From NCBI GenBank assembly GCA_038231275.1, contig JBBRLQ010000005.1:288001-352000 (forward strand): a DNA stretch of 64,000 nt, read 5' to 3'. The position numbers were made by a program, and so were the translations under genes. The stretch is from Polyangiales bacterium (lineage in GTDB: Bacteria > Myxococcota_A > Polyangia > Polyangiales > Polyangiaceae). A model generated the notes under the pieces. That model searched no databases and was not told where the DNA came from. It saw nothing but the letters and a program-made list of their open reading frames with translations. This document shows, in pieces, positions 9,101-18,474 of the stretch. How positions within the stretch are numbered: the first letter of the stretch is position 1; every line of letters begins with the position of its first letter.

Positions 9101-10114
9101 TTACCCGCCGATGCCGCGCATCGAGACGTCGGCGGCGCTGGTCTCGGTACAGCCCTTGAACGACTCGCCGTCGGGCTTGAGCGTCCACGCGTCGGCGATC
9201 GCGCTGCTGACTCCGGCCGCGTCGCCCGCGCGGGCGAGCTGGGCGGCCGAGACGCCGTCGTTGGTGGCGAGGCAAGGGCGGAGCATTCCGTCGCTCGCGA
9301 CGCGGAGCCGATCGCAGCCCTTGCAATAGGTGTCGCTCGTGCCGGTGATGAAGCCGACCCTCTTCGTCGCGTCGGCGCGTGCGACGAGGTAGCGCGCGGG
9401 GCCGCGGTCCTTCTCGCGCGCGGGATCGCCCGGTACGAGCAGGTGATCGACGCGCGCTCGCATCTCGGTCGCCGTGACGACGCGATCCTGAAGGTGCGCC
9501 CCTTCGCCGACCGCCATCACCTCGAGGAGCCGCGGGACGATGCCGCGGGCCCACGACCACGTCACGAGCGACTCGAGCTCGTCGTCGTTCTCGCCGCGCA
9601 CGATGACCGCGTTCAGCTTCATCTCGTCGAACCCGACCGCGATCGCCGCGTCGATCCCTTCGAGCACCTTGTCGAGACGACCGCCGCGGGTCATCCGCGC
9701 GAAGCGCAGCGCGTCGAGGCTGTCGAGCGAGACGTTGACGCGCCGCAGCCCCGCGTCGCGCAGCGGCTTCGCGAGCTTCGCAAGGCGCGTGGCGTTCGTG
9801 GTAACCGCGAGATCGTCGAGACCGAGCGTGTTCAAGTACGCGATGACCCGCACGACGTCGCGATGCAGGAGCGGCTCGCCGCCGGTCAGGCGAACCCGAC
9901 GGACGCCGGCGCCGACGAGTCCGTCCACCATCGTCTTCCACGCTTCAAAGTCGAGACGCTCGTCCACGTCCACGTACGCGGCGTCCTTCTGCGGGCGGCA
10001 ATAAATGCACGCGAGATCGCAGCGATCCGTGAGCGACAGGCGCACTGAGCGCGGCGGCGTCGCGGGGACGGGCCGGCTCGTCGGCTCCGGCGGGAGGACC
10101 TTCAGCGCATACAT
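9101..10114 (-). CDS. moaA: GTP 3',8-cyclase MoaA (radical SAM)
   Basis: RLSLTDRCDLACIYC, RLTGGEP, C-terminal cluster CKGCDRLR...PCL, terminal GG (MRGIGG). Confidence 0.95.
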   Translation of the reverse strand: MYALKVLPPEPTSRPVPATPPRSVRLSLTDRCDLACIYCRPQKDAAYVDVDERLDFEAWKTMVDGLVGAGVRRVRLTGGEPLLHRDVVRVIAYLNTLGLDDLAVTTNATRLAKLAKPLRDAGLRRVNVSLDSLDALRFARMTRGGRLDKVLEGIDAAIAVGFDEMKLNAVIVRGENDDELESLVTWSWARGIVPRLLEVMAVGEGAHLQDRVVTATEMRARVDHLLVPGDPAREKDRGPARYLVARADATKRVGFITGTSDTYCKGCDRLRVASDGMLRPCLATNDGVSAAQLARAGDAAGVSSAIADAWTLKPDGESFKGCTETSAADVSMRGIGG

Positions 10115-10366
10115 TGGGGTCAGAATCCTAGCGGACGGGGGTCCCATTCACTACTCGCCGCAGCCTCAATGGTTTCGTTGCTGCCCTGCGTCAAGGTTCG
10201 ACGAGAGAGGCCTACCGAGATCCAAGGACTTGGCCACTCGCCTCTCACCGAACATAGTGAAGGTCGAGATCCAACTTATCGAAGTGAGACGCTTTCGCAC
10301 CGCTCGTCGGTGCACGCCTGCGCGCGCGCTCAGCGTAAGAAAACTCGCGCACGTCCACGTGATTTA

Positions 10367-10395
10367 TTGACACGCGATCCCCGGCTCCGTACCGT
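10367..10395 (+). promoter_or_regulatory. sigma70-type promoter of the dcw operon
   Basis: TTGACA (10367-10372), 17-bp spacer, TACCGT (10390-10395), about 100 bp upstream of mraZ. Confidence 0.7.
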
Positions 10396-10406
10396 GGCCA
10401 TCGTAC

Positions 10407-10440
10407 GTGGGAGAAAGTGGCGGAAAGTGCCAATTCATGG
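10407..10440 (+). promoter_or_regulatory. MraZ binding repeats (dcw boxes)
   Basis: GTGG/GTGG/GTGC/ATGG at exact 10-bp spacing (10407, 10417, 10427, 10437): GTGGGAGAAAGTGGCGGAAAGTGCCAATTCATGG, just downstream of the promoter. Confidence 0.8.
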
Positions 10441-10491
10441 CAACGCCGCCCAACCCCACTCTGACGGCACGGGTTTCACGAGGGCGCGTCG

Positions 10492-10935
10492 ATGTTCCGC
10501 GGTCGCTACGAGCACACGATCGACGCGAAGGGCAGGACGAGCCTGCCTGCGCGGTATCGTGACGTGCTCTCGGCGATCAACGAGCGCCGCATCGTCGTGA
10601 CGAGCGCGCTCGATGCGTGCCTCGTCGCGTACGCGATGCCGGAGTGGACGGCGTTCGAGGCGAAGCTGGCGACGCTCCCGCAGTTCGATCGCAGCGTGCA
10701 GAAGCTGAAGCGGATCTACGTGTCCGGCGCGGTGGAGTGCGAGGTCGACGACTCCGGTCGCATCCTGATCCCGCCGACGCTCCGCGACTACGCGGGGCTC
10801 ACCAAGGACGTGCTGTGGGCCGGCAACGGTAAGTACGCCGAGCTCTGGGACAAGGGTGCTTGGAAGGCCACGTTCGACACGACCGAGGACGAGCGCCGCG
10901 ACATCAGCGCGCGCCTCGCGGAGCTCGGACTATGA
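10492..10935 (+). CDS. mraZ: Division/cell-wall cluster transcriptional regulator MraZ
   Basis: MFRGRYEHTIDAKGR and DDSGRILIP double AbrB motifs; first gene of the dcw cluster. Confidence 0.97.
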   Translation: MFRGRYEHTIDAKGRTSLPARYRDVLSAINERRIVVTSALDACLVAYAMPEWTAFEAKLATLPQFDRSVQKLKRIYVSGAVECEVDDSGRILIPPTLRDYAGLTKDVLWAGNGKYAELWDKGAWKATFDTTEDERRDISARLAELGL

Positions 10936-11918
10936 GAAACGCCCAGCTCGCGCTCCCCGGCGTCCTCGCCGAGCCGCTCATCGAGTGGGTCTTCTTCGAG
11001 CAAGGCGAGGAGGAGAACGACGTGCAAGGCTTCGCCCACGCGACGGTCATGAGGGCGGAGATCTCCGCCGCGCTGGTCCCCGATCCGACGGCGGCGGGCA
11101 TCTATGTCGATGCCACGCTCGGCGGCGGCGGGCACACCGAGGCGCTCTGCGAGCTGGCCCCGGGCGTTCGCGTCATCGCGATCGATCGCGATCTCGTCGC
11201 GATCGAAGCCGCGCGCGCTCGCCTCGCTCCTTTCGGCGACCGGGTCACGTTCGTGCATTCGAGCTTCGGCGAGATCGCGCGGGTCCTCGCGGATCTCGGC
11301 GTCGCGCGCGTCGACGGAGTGTGCGCCGACCTCGGCGTCAGCTCGCCGCAGCTCGACGACGCCGAGCGCGGGATGAGCTTCCGCCACGAAGGCCCCATCG
11401 ACATGCGCATGGATCAGAGCGACGGCGAGACCGCGTTCGAGCTCATCGCGCGGATGACCGACGACGATCTCGCAAACGTCATCTTCCAGTATGGCGACGA
11501 GCGACGCTCGCGCCGCATCGCGCGCAGCATCAAGCGCGCGTACGGCGACAACGAGCTCAAGACGACGCTCGATCTGCGGCGCGCGATCGTGCGCGCGGTG
11601 GGGCCGGTGCGCATCGGCGGCGTCGATCCGGCGACGCGAACGTTCCAGGCGCTCCGCATCGCCGTCAACCGGGAGCTGGACGAGCTGAGCCAGCTCCTCG
11701 CCGCGCTCCCGGAGATTCTTGCGGACGGTGGCGTCGCTGCGCTTCTCAGCTTCCATTCGCTGGAAGATCGCGCGGTGAAGCACGCGTTCCAGGATCGCGA
11801 CACATGGGCCCCGTGCACCAAGAAGCCGCAGGTGGCGACCGAGGACGAGCGAAACCTGAACCCGCGCTCCCGAAGCGCCAAGATGCGCGCCGCCCGGCGA
11901 AATCCGAGGGATCCGTGA
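10932..11918 (+). CDS. rsmH: 16S rRNA m4C1402 methyltransferase RsmH (MraW)
   Basis: DATLGGGGH, DLGVSSPQLD, DMRMD, ATRTFQALRIAVN, SFHSLEDR, NPRSRSAK. Start is ATG 10932 (ATGA overlap) or GTG 11022 (strong GAGGAGG RBS). Confidence 0.96.
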   Translation: MRNAQLALPGVLAEPLIEWVFFEQGEEENDVQGFAHATVMRAEISAALVPDPTAAGIYVDATLGGGGHTEALCELAPGVRVIAIDRDLVAIEAARARLAPFGDRVTFVHSSFGEIARVLADLGVARVDGVCADLGVSSPQLDDAERGMSFRHEGPIDMRMDQSDGETAFELIARMTDDDLANVIFQYGDERRSRRIARSIKRAYGDNELKTTLDLRRAIVRAVGPVRIGGVDPATRTFQALRIAVNRELDELSQLLAALPEILADGGVAALLSFHSLEDRAVKHAFQDRDTWAPCTKKPQVATEDERNLNPRSRSAKMRAARRNPRDP

Positions 11919-12247
11919 GCAAGCGCGGCTCCCACATCTTCATCGCGCTCTGGACCCTCGCGGTCACGGCGAGCGTTTGCGCGTTCGTTCTCCACCTCGC
12001 GATGCGCGGTCGTACGGTCGCGCTCGGCTACGAGCTCGGCCGCGCGCGCGCGGAGCAAGCGCGCCTCCGCGAGGTGAAGCGCGTCCTCCAGGTCGAGTCG
12101 GCGAGTTACAAAACGCCCGAGCGCGTCGAGATCGTGGCGCGCACACTCCTGGGCATGGAGCCGCCGGCGCCCGACCGCATCATCCCGCTCGCGTCCGGTC
12201 CGTCGTCGCCGTCCGAGAAGAAGGACTCCGTCGCGGAGAAGGACTAG
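11915..12247 (+). CDS. ftsL: Cell division protein FtsL
   Basis: GTGA overlap with the rsmH stop; one TM segment then a coiled coil ending PERVEIVARTLLGM; canonical position. Confidence 0.85.
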   Translation: MSKRGSHIFIALWTLAVTASVCAFVLHLAMRGRTVALGYELGRARAEQARLREVKRVLQVESASYKTPERVEIVARTLLGMEPPAPDRIIPLASGPSSPSEKKDSVAEKD

Positions 12248-12258
12248 GCAAAGGCGCC

Positions 12259-14322
12259 GTGAGAAACCTGGACCCCAAGCGCGCCAAGTGGATTCGCCTC
12301 CGCATGGGGGTGCTCTGCGGCGTCATGGGGTTGGGGCTAGGCGGGCTCGTCTCGAGCGCCTACCGCGTGCAGGTCGAGGACGGTCCGAAGTGGCGCGAGA
12401 CCGCGGAGCGCCAGCGTCAACGGCGTCTCCACATCGAGCCGAAGCGCGGGACGATCCTCGATCGCAACGGGACACCGCTCGCCGTCAGCGTCGAAGTGCC
12501 GAGCGTGAGCGCCGACGTCGTGGAGATGCTCCGCGGCACCGAGCCCGCCGCGCACGAGGCTACCCTCCGTGACGCTGCCACGCGCATGGCGTCCGCGCTC
12601 AACCTCGACGCGACGGAGCTGTACGGCCGCCTGGCCACGAAGCACCGCTTCGTGTGGGTCAAGCGCCGCATCTCCGGCGAAGAGGCGGGCGCGATCCGCG
12701 ATCTCGGCGACCCGAAGAAGCAGCCGCATCCGGTAAAAGGTCTCGCGATCGAGGGCGAGGGGCATCGGTACTATCCAGGCCGCGAGCTCGCCGGTCCGGT
12801 CCTCGGCTTCGTCGCGCCGGATGGCTTCGGAAAGGACGGCCTCGAGCTCGCGATGGACGACGAGCTGCGCGGCCACGTCGAAGAGGTGAAGGGCCTGCGC
12901 GATCGCGCGGGTCGCCTGATCTTCTCGGAGGGCGTCACCGACGAAGGTGCGCTCGCCGGGCACGACGTCTACCTGACGATCGACGAAGGCATCCAGCACG
13001 TCGCGGAGCGCGAGCTCGACGCCGCGCACGGAACCTACGAGACGAAGGGCGCGTCGATCGCCGTCCTCGATCCGAACACCGGCGAGATCCTCGCGATGGC
13101 GTCGAGCCCCGGTTACAACCCCAACGACTACGGCGAGAGCGAGCCGGACGCGCGGCGCCTGCGCGCGGTCACCGATCGCTTCGAGCCGGGCAGCGTCATG
13201 AAGGTGTTCACCGTCGCCGCGGCGCTCGCCGCCGGCACGTTGAAGCCGACCGAGCAGATTTACTGCGAGCACGGCAACTACCAGATCGGCAGCGTGACCA
13301 TCCACGACAGCCACATCAACGACTGGCTCACGCCTACGCAGGTCCTCGCGAAGAGCTCGAACATCGGCGCGCTCAAGATCGGGCTCGGACTCGGTGAGCC
13401 GGGGCTCTACTCGGCGTTCCGTCGCTTTGGATTCGGCGAGCCGACGGGGCTTCCCCTCCCCGGGGAGGCCGCGGGCGTGCTTCGTCCGCGCGGGCGGCCG
13501 TGGTTCGATGTCGAGACCGCGAACGCCTCCTACGGACAAGGCATCAGCACGACGACCGTGCAGCTCGCGATGGCGTTCGGTGCGATCGCCAACGGAGGCC
13601 GCCTCCTCGAGCCGGTGCTCGTTCGCAAAGTGACCGACGGACGCGGACAGCTCGTGCGCGAAGGCGTGCCGCGCGTACGACGAGAGGTCGTGCCTCCGTA
13701 CGTCGCCAAGATGGTGACCGAGATGCTCACCGCCGTCGTCGAGGGCGAGGGCACCGGCAAAGAGGCGGCGATGACCGGCTTTCGCGTCGCCGGCAAGACC
13801 GCGACCGGACAGAAGGTCGACACCGCAACCGGCAAGATGTCGATGGAGAAATTCACCGCATCGTTCGTCGGCTTCGTGCCGGCGGAGCGGCCGCGCCTCG
13901 TTATCGCCGTCGTCCTCGACGAGCCGATGATCGGCCATTACGGGGGCGATCTCGCCGGCCCGGTCTTCCGTCGCGTCGCCGAGGCGAGCCTCCGGTACCT
14001 CGGCGTGACGCCGCCGCCCGGCGCCAAGGTCGCCAAGGTCACGCGCGACAATGATCCCGCCGACGTCACGCTCACCGTGATGCGCCCGAAGGATGCGCCG
14101 GAGCCCGCGCCGGCCACGCCCGCCGTCGCGCCGCCTCCCGGATCCGTGAAGGTCCCCGATCTCACCGGGCTCGCCGCGCGCGAGGCGGTGAAGGTGATCG
14201 CGCAAGCCGGACTCTTGCCTCAAGTCGAGGGCTCGGGGCGCCTCGTGCGTCAGAATCCCGCCGCCGGTGCGGCCGCGCCGAAGGGGAGCACGGTGCGCCT
14301 CGTGCTCGAGCCGGCGTCATGA
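12259..14322 (+). CDS. ftsI: Class B penicillin-binding protein FtsI with C-terminal PASTA domain
   Basis: RGTILDRNG, RYYPG, GLE, FEPGSVMK (SxxK), KSSNIG (SxN), GKTATGQK; PASTA VPDLTG...QNPAAG. Confidence 0.95.
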   Translation: MRNLDPKRAKWIRLRMGVLCGVMGLGLGGLVSSAYRVQVEDGPKWRETAERQRQRRLHIEPKRGTILDRNGTPLAVSVEVPSVSADVVEMLRGTEPAAHEATLRDAATRMASALNLDATELYGRLATKHRFVWVKRRISGEEAGAIRDLGDPKKQPHPVKGLAIEGEGHRYYPGRELAGPVLGFVAPDGFGKDGLELAMDDELRGHVEEVKGLRDRAGRLIFSEGVTDEGALAGHDVYLTIDEGIQHVAERELDAAHGTYETKGASIAVLDPNTGEILAMASSPGYNPNDYGESEPDARRLRAVTDRFEPGSVMKVFTVAAALAAGTLKPTEQIYCEHGNYQIGSVTIHDSHINDWLTPTQVLAKSSNIGALKIGLGLGEPGLYSAFRRFGFGEPTGLPLPGEAAGVLRPRGRPWFDVETANASYGQGISTTTVQLAMAFGAIANGGRLLEPVLVRKVTDGRGQLVREGVPRVRREVVPPYVAKMVTEMLTAVVEGEGTGKEAAMTGFRVAGKTATGQKVDTATGKMSMEKFTASFVGFVPAERPRLVIAVVLDEPMIGHYGGDLAGPVFRRVAEASLRYLGVTPPPGAKVAKVTRDNDPADVTLTVMRPKDAPEPAPATPAVAPPPGSVKVPDLTGLAAREAVKVIAQAGLLPQVEGSGRLVRQNPAAGAAAPKGSTVRLVLEPAS

Positions 14323-15875
14323 CCGGCGGCCTCTCGCTCGCGCAAATCGCCCGAGAAATACCGGGTGAAACGCGGATCGTCGGAGACGCGTCGGTGCGCA
14401 CCTTTGGCGTGCATCACGACTCGCGCGCCGTCGCGCCCGGCGATCTCTTCGTCGTTCGCAAGGGTCGAACGAGCGACGGCGCGCAGTTCCTCGCCGACGC
14501 GAAGGCGCGCGGCGCCGTGGCGGTGCTCGCGGCCAAGGGTACGATCGACCCCTCCGAGGTGGGCCTGCCGGTCCTCTTCACCGCCGACGCGGTCGACGGG
14601 CTCGCCTACGCCTCCGCTGCCGTGTACGGCCACCCCGCGTTCAGCCTCGACATCGTCGGCATCACCGGCACGAACGGCAAGACGACGACCTCGTACCTCG
14701 TACGCGCCGCGATCGACGCCGCCGTTGGGCGGCCGTCGTGCGGAACCATCGGCACCATCGGACACGTCTTCGCGGGCAACGTCACCCACGCGTCCCACAC
14801 GACGCCCGAAGCCGACGAGCTCGCGCGCGTCCTCGCCTCCATGCGCAAGGCCGGCGCGACGCACGTGGCGATGGAGGTCTCGTCGATCGCGCTCGACCTC
14901 GGACGCGTCCGCGCTGTGCGGTTCCGCGTCGCGGCGCTCACGAACCTGACGCAAGATCACCTGGATTTTCACGGCACGATGGACGACTACGCGGCGGCCA
15001 AGCGCGCACTCTTCACCGCGTGCGCGCCGGGCTCCGCCGTGCTCAACGTCGGCGACGCGTTCGGCCTTTCCCTCGTGCCGCTCGTAAAGGCGCCGCTCGT
15101 CCGCGTGAGCGCAGCAATCGGCGCCGACGCCGACATCGTGCCCAAGAGCGTGCGAATGGACGCGGGCGGAATGGACATCGTCGTCGCCACGCCGCGCGGC
15201 GACGTTCGCCTGGTCACGCGCCTCGTTGGCGCGCACAACCTGGAGAACATCGTCGTCGCCCTGGGCATCGCGCACGCGCTCGACCTGGATCTCGCGCGCG
15301 CCGCCGCGGGGATCGCCGGCGAGGCGGGCGCGCCCGGACGGCTCGAGCGCTGCGACGTCCCCGGCGACGACGTCACGGTCCTCGTCGACTATGCCCACAC
15401 CCCCGACGCGCTCGCGCGGGTGCTCGACAGCGTGAAGACGGTCGCCGCGGCGTCGCGCCTCTGGTGCATCTTCGGCTGCGGCGGCGATCGCGACGCGACC
15501 AAGCGCGGTCCCATGGGCGAGGCCGCCGCGTCGCGTGCCGACGCCGTCGTGATCACCAGCGACAACCCGCGCACCGAAGATCCGGCCGCGATCGCCGCGC
15601 CCATCGAGGCGGCGGTCGCCTCCTTGGGGCTGCCCCACGTGGACTTCGCCGCGCTCGGAGCCGGCGAAAAGGGCTACGTCGTCGAGCTCGATCGCGCGCG
15701 CGCGATCGACGAGGCGATCCGCGGCGCGCGTAAGGGCGACGTCGTCGTCGTCGCCGGCAAGGGACACGAGGACTATCAAATCATCGGCGCTACCAAGCGG
15801 CACTTCGACGATCGCGAAGAGGCGCGTAGAGCGCTCGCGGCGCGACGTACACGCGCCGAAGGCAGGGCGAGCTGA
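14319..15875 (+). CDS. murE: MurE ligase (meso-DAP type)
   Basis: GITGTNGKTT, HTTP, MEVSS, NLTQDHLDFH, VDYAHTPD, FGCGGDRD, DNPR, AGKGHE. Confidence 0.97.
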   Translation: MTGGLSLAQIAREIPGETRIVGDASVRTFGVHHDSRAVAPGDLFVVRKGRTSDGAQFLADAKARGAVAVLAAKGTIDPSEVGLPVLFTADAVDGLAYASAAVYGHPAFSLDIVGITGTNGKTTTSYLVRAAIDAAVGRPSCGTIGTIGHVFAGNVTHASHTTPEADELARVLASMRKAGATHVAMEVSSIALDLGRVRAVRFRVAALTNLTQDHLDFHGTMDDYAAAKRALFTACAPGSAVLNVGDAFGLSLVPLVKAPLVRVSAAIGADADIVPKSVRMDAGGMDIVVATPRGDVRLVTRLVGAHNLENIVVALGIAHALDLDLARAAAGIAGEAGAPGRLERCDVPGDDVTVLVDYAHTPDALARVLDSVKTVAAASRLWCIFGCGGDRDATKRGPMGEAAASRADAVVITSDNPRTEDPAAIAAPIEAAVASLGLPHVDFAALGAGEKGYVVELDRARAIDEAIRGARKGDVVVVAGKGHEDYQIIGATKRHFDDREEARRALAARRTRAEGRAS

Positions 15876-17329
15876 TGGCGACGCCGATCCCCAAAAACCT
15901 CGCGACGTTCAGCGCGCGCGCGATCGCCGGCGCCGTCCACGCGATTCATTCGACCTTCCGGGGCGTCGATCACACCGTCGTAGGCGTCACCACCGACAGC
16001 CGCGCCGTCACGCCCGGCTGCGCGTTCGTGGCTCTGCGCGGCGAGAATCACGACGGCCACGCGTTCCTCGCCGACGCGGTCCGTGGCGGCGCACGGCTCG
16101 TCGTCGTCGAGGAGGGCCGCGCGCCAGAGCTCGATGCCGACATCGTCGAAGTGGCGGACACCCTCGCCGCGTGGGGTTCTCTCGCGCGTGCGCACCTCCA
16201 CGCGTGGCGTCACGCGTCGCGCGGAGGCCGAATCGTCGCGATCACCGGCAGCGCCGGCAAGACGACGACGAAGGAGCTCACCCACGCGCTCCTCGGGACG
16301 TGGGGCGAGTGCCACTCCACCGCCGGCAACCTGAACAACCGCATCGGCCTCCCCGCCGTGGCGCTCGGGATGGAGACGAAGCATCGCTTCGGCGTCTTCG
16401 AGCTCGGCATGAGCGTGCTCGGCGAGATCCACGCGATGGCGGCGATCGCGGAGCCCGACATCGGCGTGATCACGAACGTCGGCGTCGCGCACGCGGAAGG
16501 CGTCGGCGGCACACGTGACGCCGTCGGTCGCGAGAAAGGGGCGCTCCTCGAAGCCTTGCGCCCGCAGGGCGTGGCCGTCGTGAACGCCGACGACGACGTC
16601 GCGATGGCGCAGGTCGATCGGACGCTCGCGACGACCGCTCTCACGTTCGGCCGCTCCGCCACCGCGACCTACCGAATCCTCGAGCGCGTCCCCCGCGGCG
16701 CGTACGGCTCGCGAGTGCGCGTCGCGCGCCGCGACGGCGACACGATCGAGCTCGATTTCCCGCTGATCGGCGAGGCGGCCGCCCTCGATCTCGTCGCCGC
16801 GCTGGCCGCCACCGAGGCCGCGACCGGCGGTCCGATCGACATCGATCGGGCCACACGTGCGCTCGAGTCACTCGCCTCGCGCCCCGCGCTCGCGAGCCGT
16901 GGCTGCGTTCGTTCCCTCGCGGACGGCACCCAGATCATCGACGACACCTACAACGCGAACCCCGCCAGCATGCGCGCCGCGCTCGCGTCGCTCCAGGAGG
17001 TCGCCATCCCCGATCGCCGTCGCATGGTCGTCGTGCTCGGCGAAATGAAGGAGCTCGGACCGCTCGCCGAGGCGGAGCACGTGGCGCTCGGCGACGTCCT
17101 CGCGAAGAGCGGCGTGGGGCTCGCGATCTCGTGCGGTGGCCTCATGGACCTCGCGATGGATCGCGCTGCCGAGGCGGGGATCGCGACGATCAAGGCGGAG
17201 TCGACCACCCACGCCGCCGAGGCCGCCGTCCGCGAAGTCGTCGCCGGCGACGTCGTCCTCGTGAAGGGCTCGCGATCGGTCGGCACCGAGCGTGTCGTGT
17301 CGGCCCTCGCCGAGCGGAGGCCCACGTGA
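15875..17329 (+). CDS. murF: MurF ligase
   Basis: ITGSAGKTTTKE, GNLNNRIGLP, ELGM, DDTYNANP, LGEMKELG, VKGSR. Confidence 0.96.
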   Translation: MATPIPKNLATFSARAIAGAVHAIHSTFRGVDHTVVGVTTDSRAVTPGCAFVALRGENHDGHAFLADAVRGGARLVVVEEGRAPELDADIVEVADTLAAWGSLARAHLHAWRHASRGGRIVAITGSAGKTTTKELTHALLGTWGECHSTAGNLNNRIGLPAVALGMETKHRFGVFELGMSVLGEIHAMAAIAEPDIGVITNVGVAHAEGVGGTRDAVGREKGALLEALRPQGVAVVNADDDVAMAQVDRTLATTALTFGRSATATYRILERVPRGAYGSRVRVARRDGDTIELDFPLIGEAAALDLVAALAATEAATGGPIDIDRATRALESLASRPALASRGCVRSLADGTQIIDDTYNANPASMRAALASLQEVAIPDRRRMVVVLGEMKELGPLAEAEHVALGDVLAKSGVGLAISCGGLMDLAMDRAAEAGIATIKAESTTHAAEAAVREVVAGDVVLVKGSRSVGTERVVSALAERRPT

Positions 17330-18474
17330 TCTACGAGCTCCTCTACGCGATGCGCCACGAGGCGGCGTGGCTCGGATGGCTGAACGTCCTCCGCTACGTC
17401 CCGTTTCGCATCATCGCCGCGACGATCACCGCGATGCTCATCTCCTTCTTCGTGTCGCCGTGGTTCATCCGCGAGCTACAAAAGAAGCAGATCGGCCAGG
17501 TCGTGCGCGAGGACGGCCCCGAGGGTCACAAGACCAAGGCCGGCACGCCGACGATGGGTGGCGCGCTCATCCTCCTCTCCGTCCTCGTCCCCACCATCAT
17601 GTGGTGCGATCCGCGAAACGTCTTCGTGTGGGCGACGACCGCGGTCACCGCCGGCTACGGCGTCATCGGGTACCTGGACGACTACCTCAAGATCAAGTTC
17701 AAGAACTCCAAGGGCCTGCCCGGTCGCTACAAGATGATCGGGCAGATCCTGATCGGCACCGCCGTCCTCTCGTATGTCTTCCTCGCGCACGACGCCGTGC
17801 CGAGCGACTGGTGGGACATTCGCTTCCGCCTCTCGCTCCCGTTCGTTTCGTTCGCGAAGCACCCGATGACGCTGCCGATGTGGCTCTACATCCCGTTCGC
17901 GGTGATGGTCGTCGTCGCGATGTCGAACGCGGTCAACCTGACCGACGGCCTCGACGGCCTCGCGATCGGCCCGGTCATCTTCAACGGTGGCACGTACCTC
18001 GTGTGGGCGTACCTCTCGGGCGCGACCTTCGGAATCGCCAACGTGGCGCAGCGCTTCGTCGTCGCGAAGTACCTCGACATCCCCTACATCACGAGCGTCG
18101 GCGAGCTGTCCATCTATTGCGGGGCCCTCGTCGGCGCCGGCATCGGCTTCCTTTGGTACAACACCTACCCCGCGCAGCTCTTCATGGGCGACGTCGGCGC
18201 GCTGGCCCTCGGCGGCGGCCTTGGCTGCTGCGCCGTGTTCACCAAGAACGAGTTCTTGAGCATCATCCTCGGGGGCGTCTTCTTCCTCGAGGCGGTCAGC
18301 GTCATCGCCCAGGTGACGAGCTTCAAGCTCACCGGCAAGCGCGTCTTCTTGATGGCGCCGATCCACCACCACTACGAAAAGAAGGGGTGGCCCGAGCCAA
18401 AAATCATCGTTCGTTTCTGGATCATTTCGATCCTTCTCGCTCTCGTCAGCTTGAGCAGCCTGAAGGTCCGATGA
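17326..18474 (+). CDS. mraY: Phospho-N-acetylmuramoyl-pentapeptide transferase MraY
   Basis: GTPTMGG, DDYLK, SNAVNLTDGLDGL, FMGDVG, MAPIHHHYE; GTGA overlap with murF. Confidence 0.97.
   Translation: MIYELLYAMRHEAAWLGWLNVLRYVPFRIIAATITAMLISFFVSPWFIRELQKKQIGQVVREDGPEGHKTKAGTPTMGGALILLSVLVPTIMWCDPRNVFVWATTAVTAGYGVIGYLDDYLKIKFKNSKGLPGRYKMIGQILIGTAVLSYVFLAHDAVPSDWWDIRFRLSLPFVSFAKHPMTLPMWLYIPFAVMVVVAMSNAVNLTDGLDGLAIGPVIFNGGTYLVWAYLSGATFGIANVAQRFVVAKYLDIPYITSVGELSIYCGALVGAGIGFLWYNTYPAQLFMGDVGALALGGGLGCCAVFTKNEFLSIILGGVFFLEAVSVIAQVTSFKLTGKRVFLMAPIHHHYEKKGWPEPKIIVRFWIISILLALVSLSSLKVR

Noticed and set aside
10115-10366. Possible rnpB or Moco riboswitch in the moaA-mraZ intergenic region
   Set aside because: The RNase P GAGGAAAGUCC signature is absent and I could not build a convincing Moco-motif structure; needs an Rfam scan.
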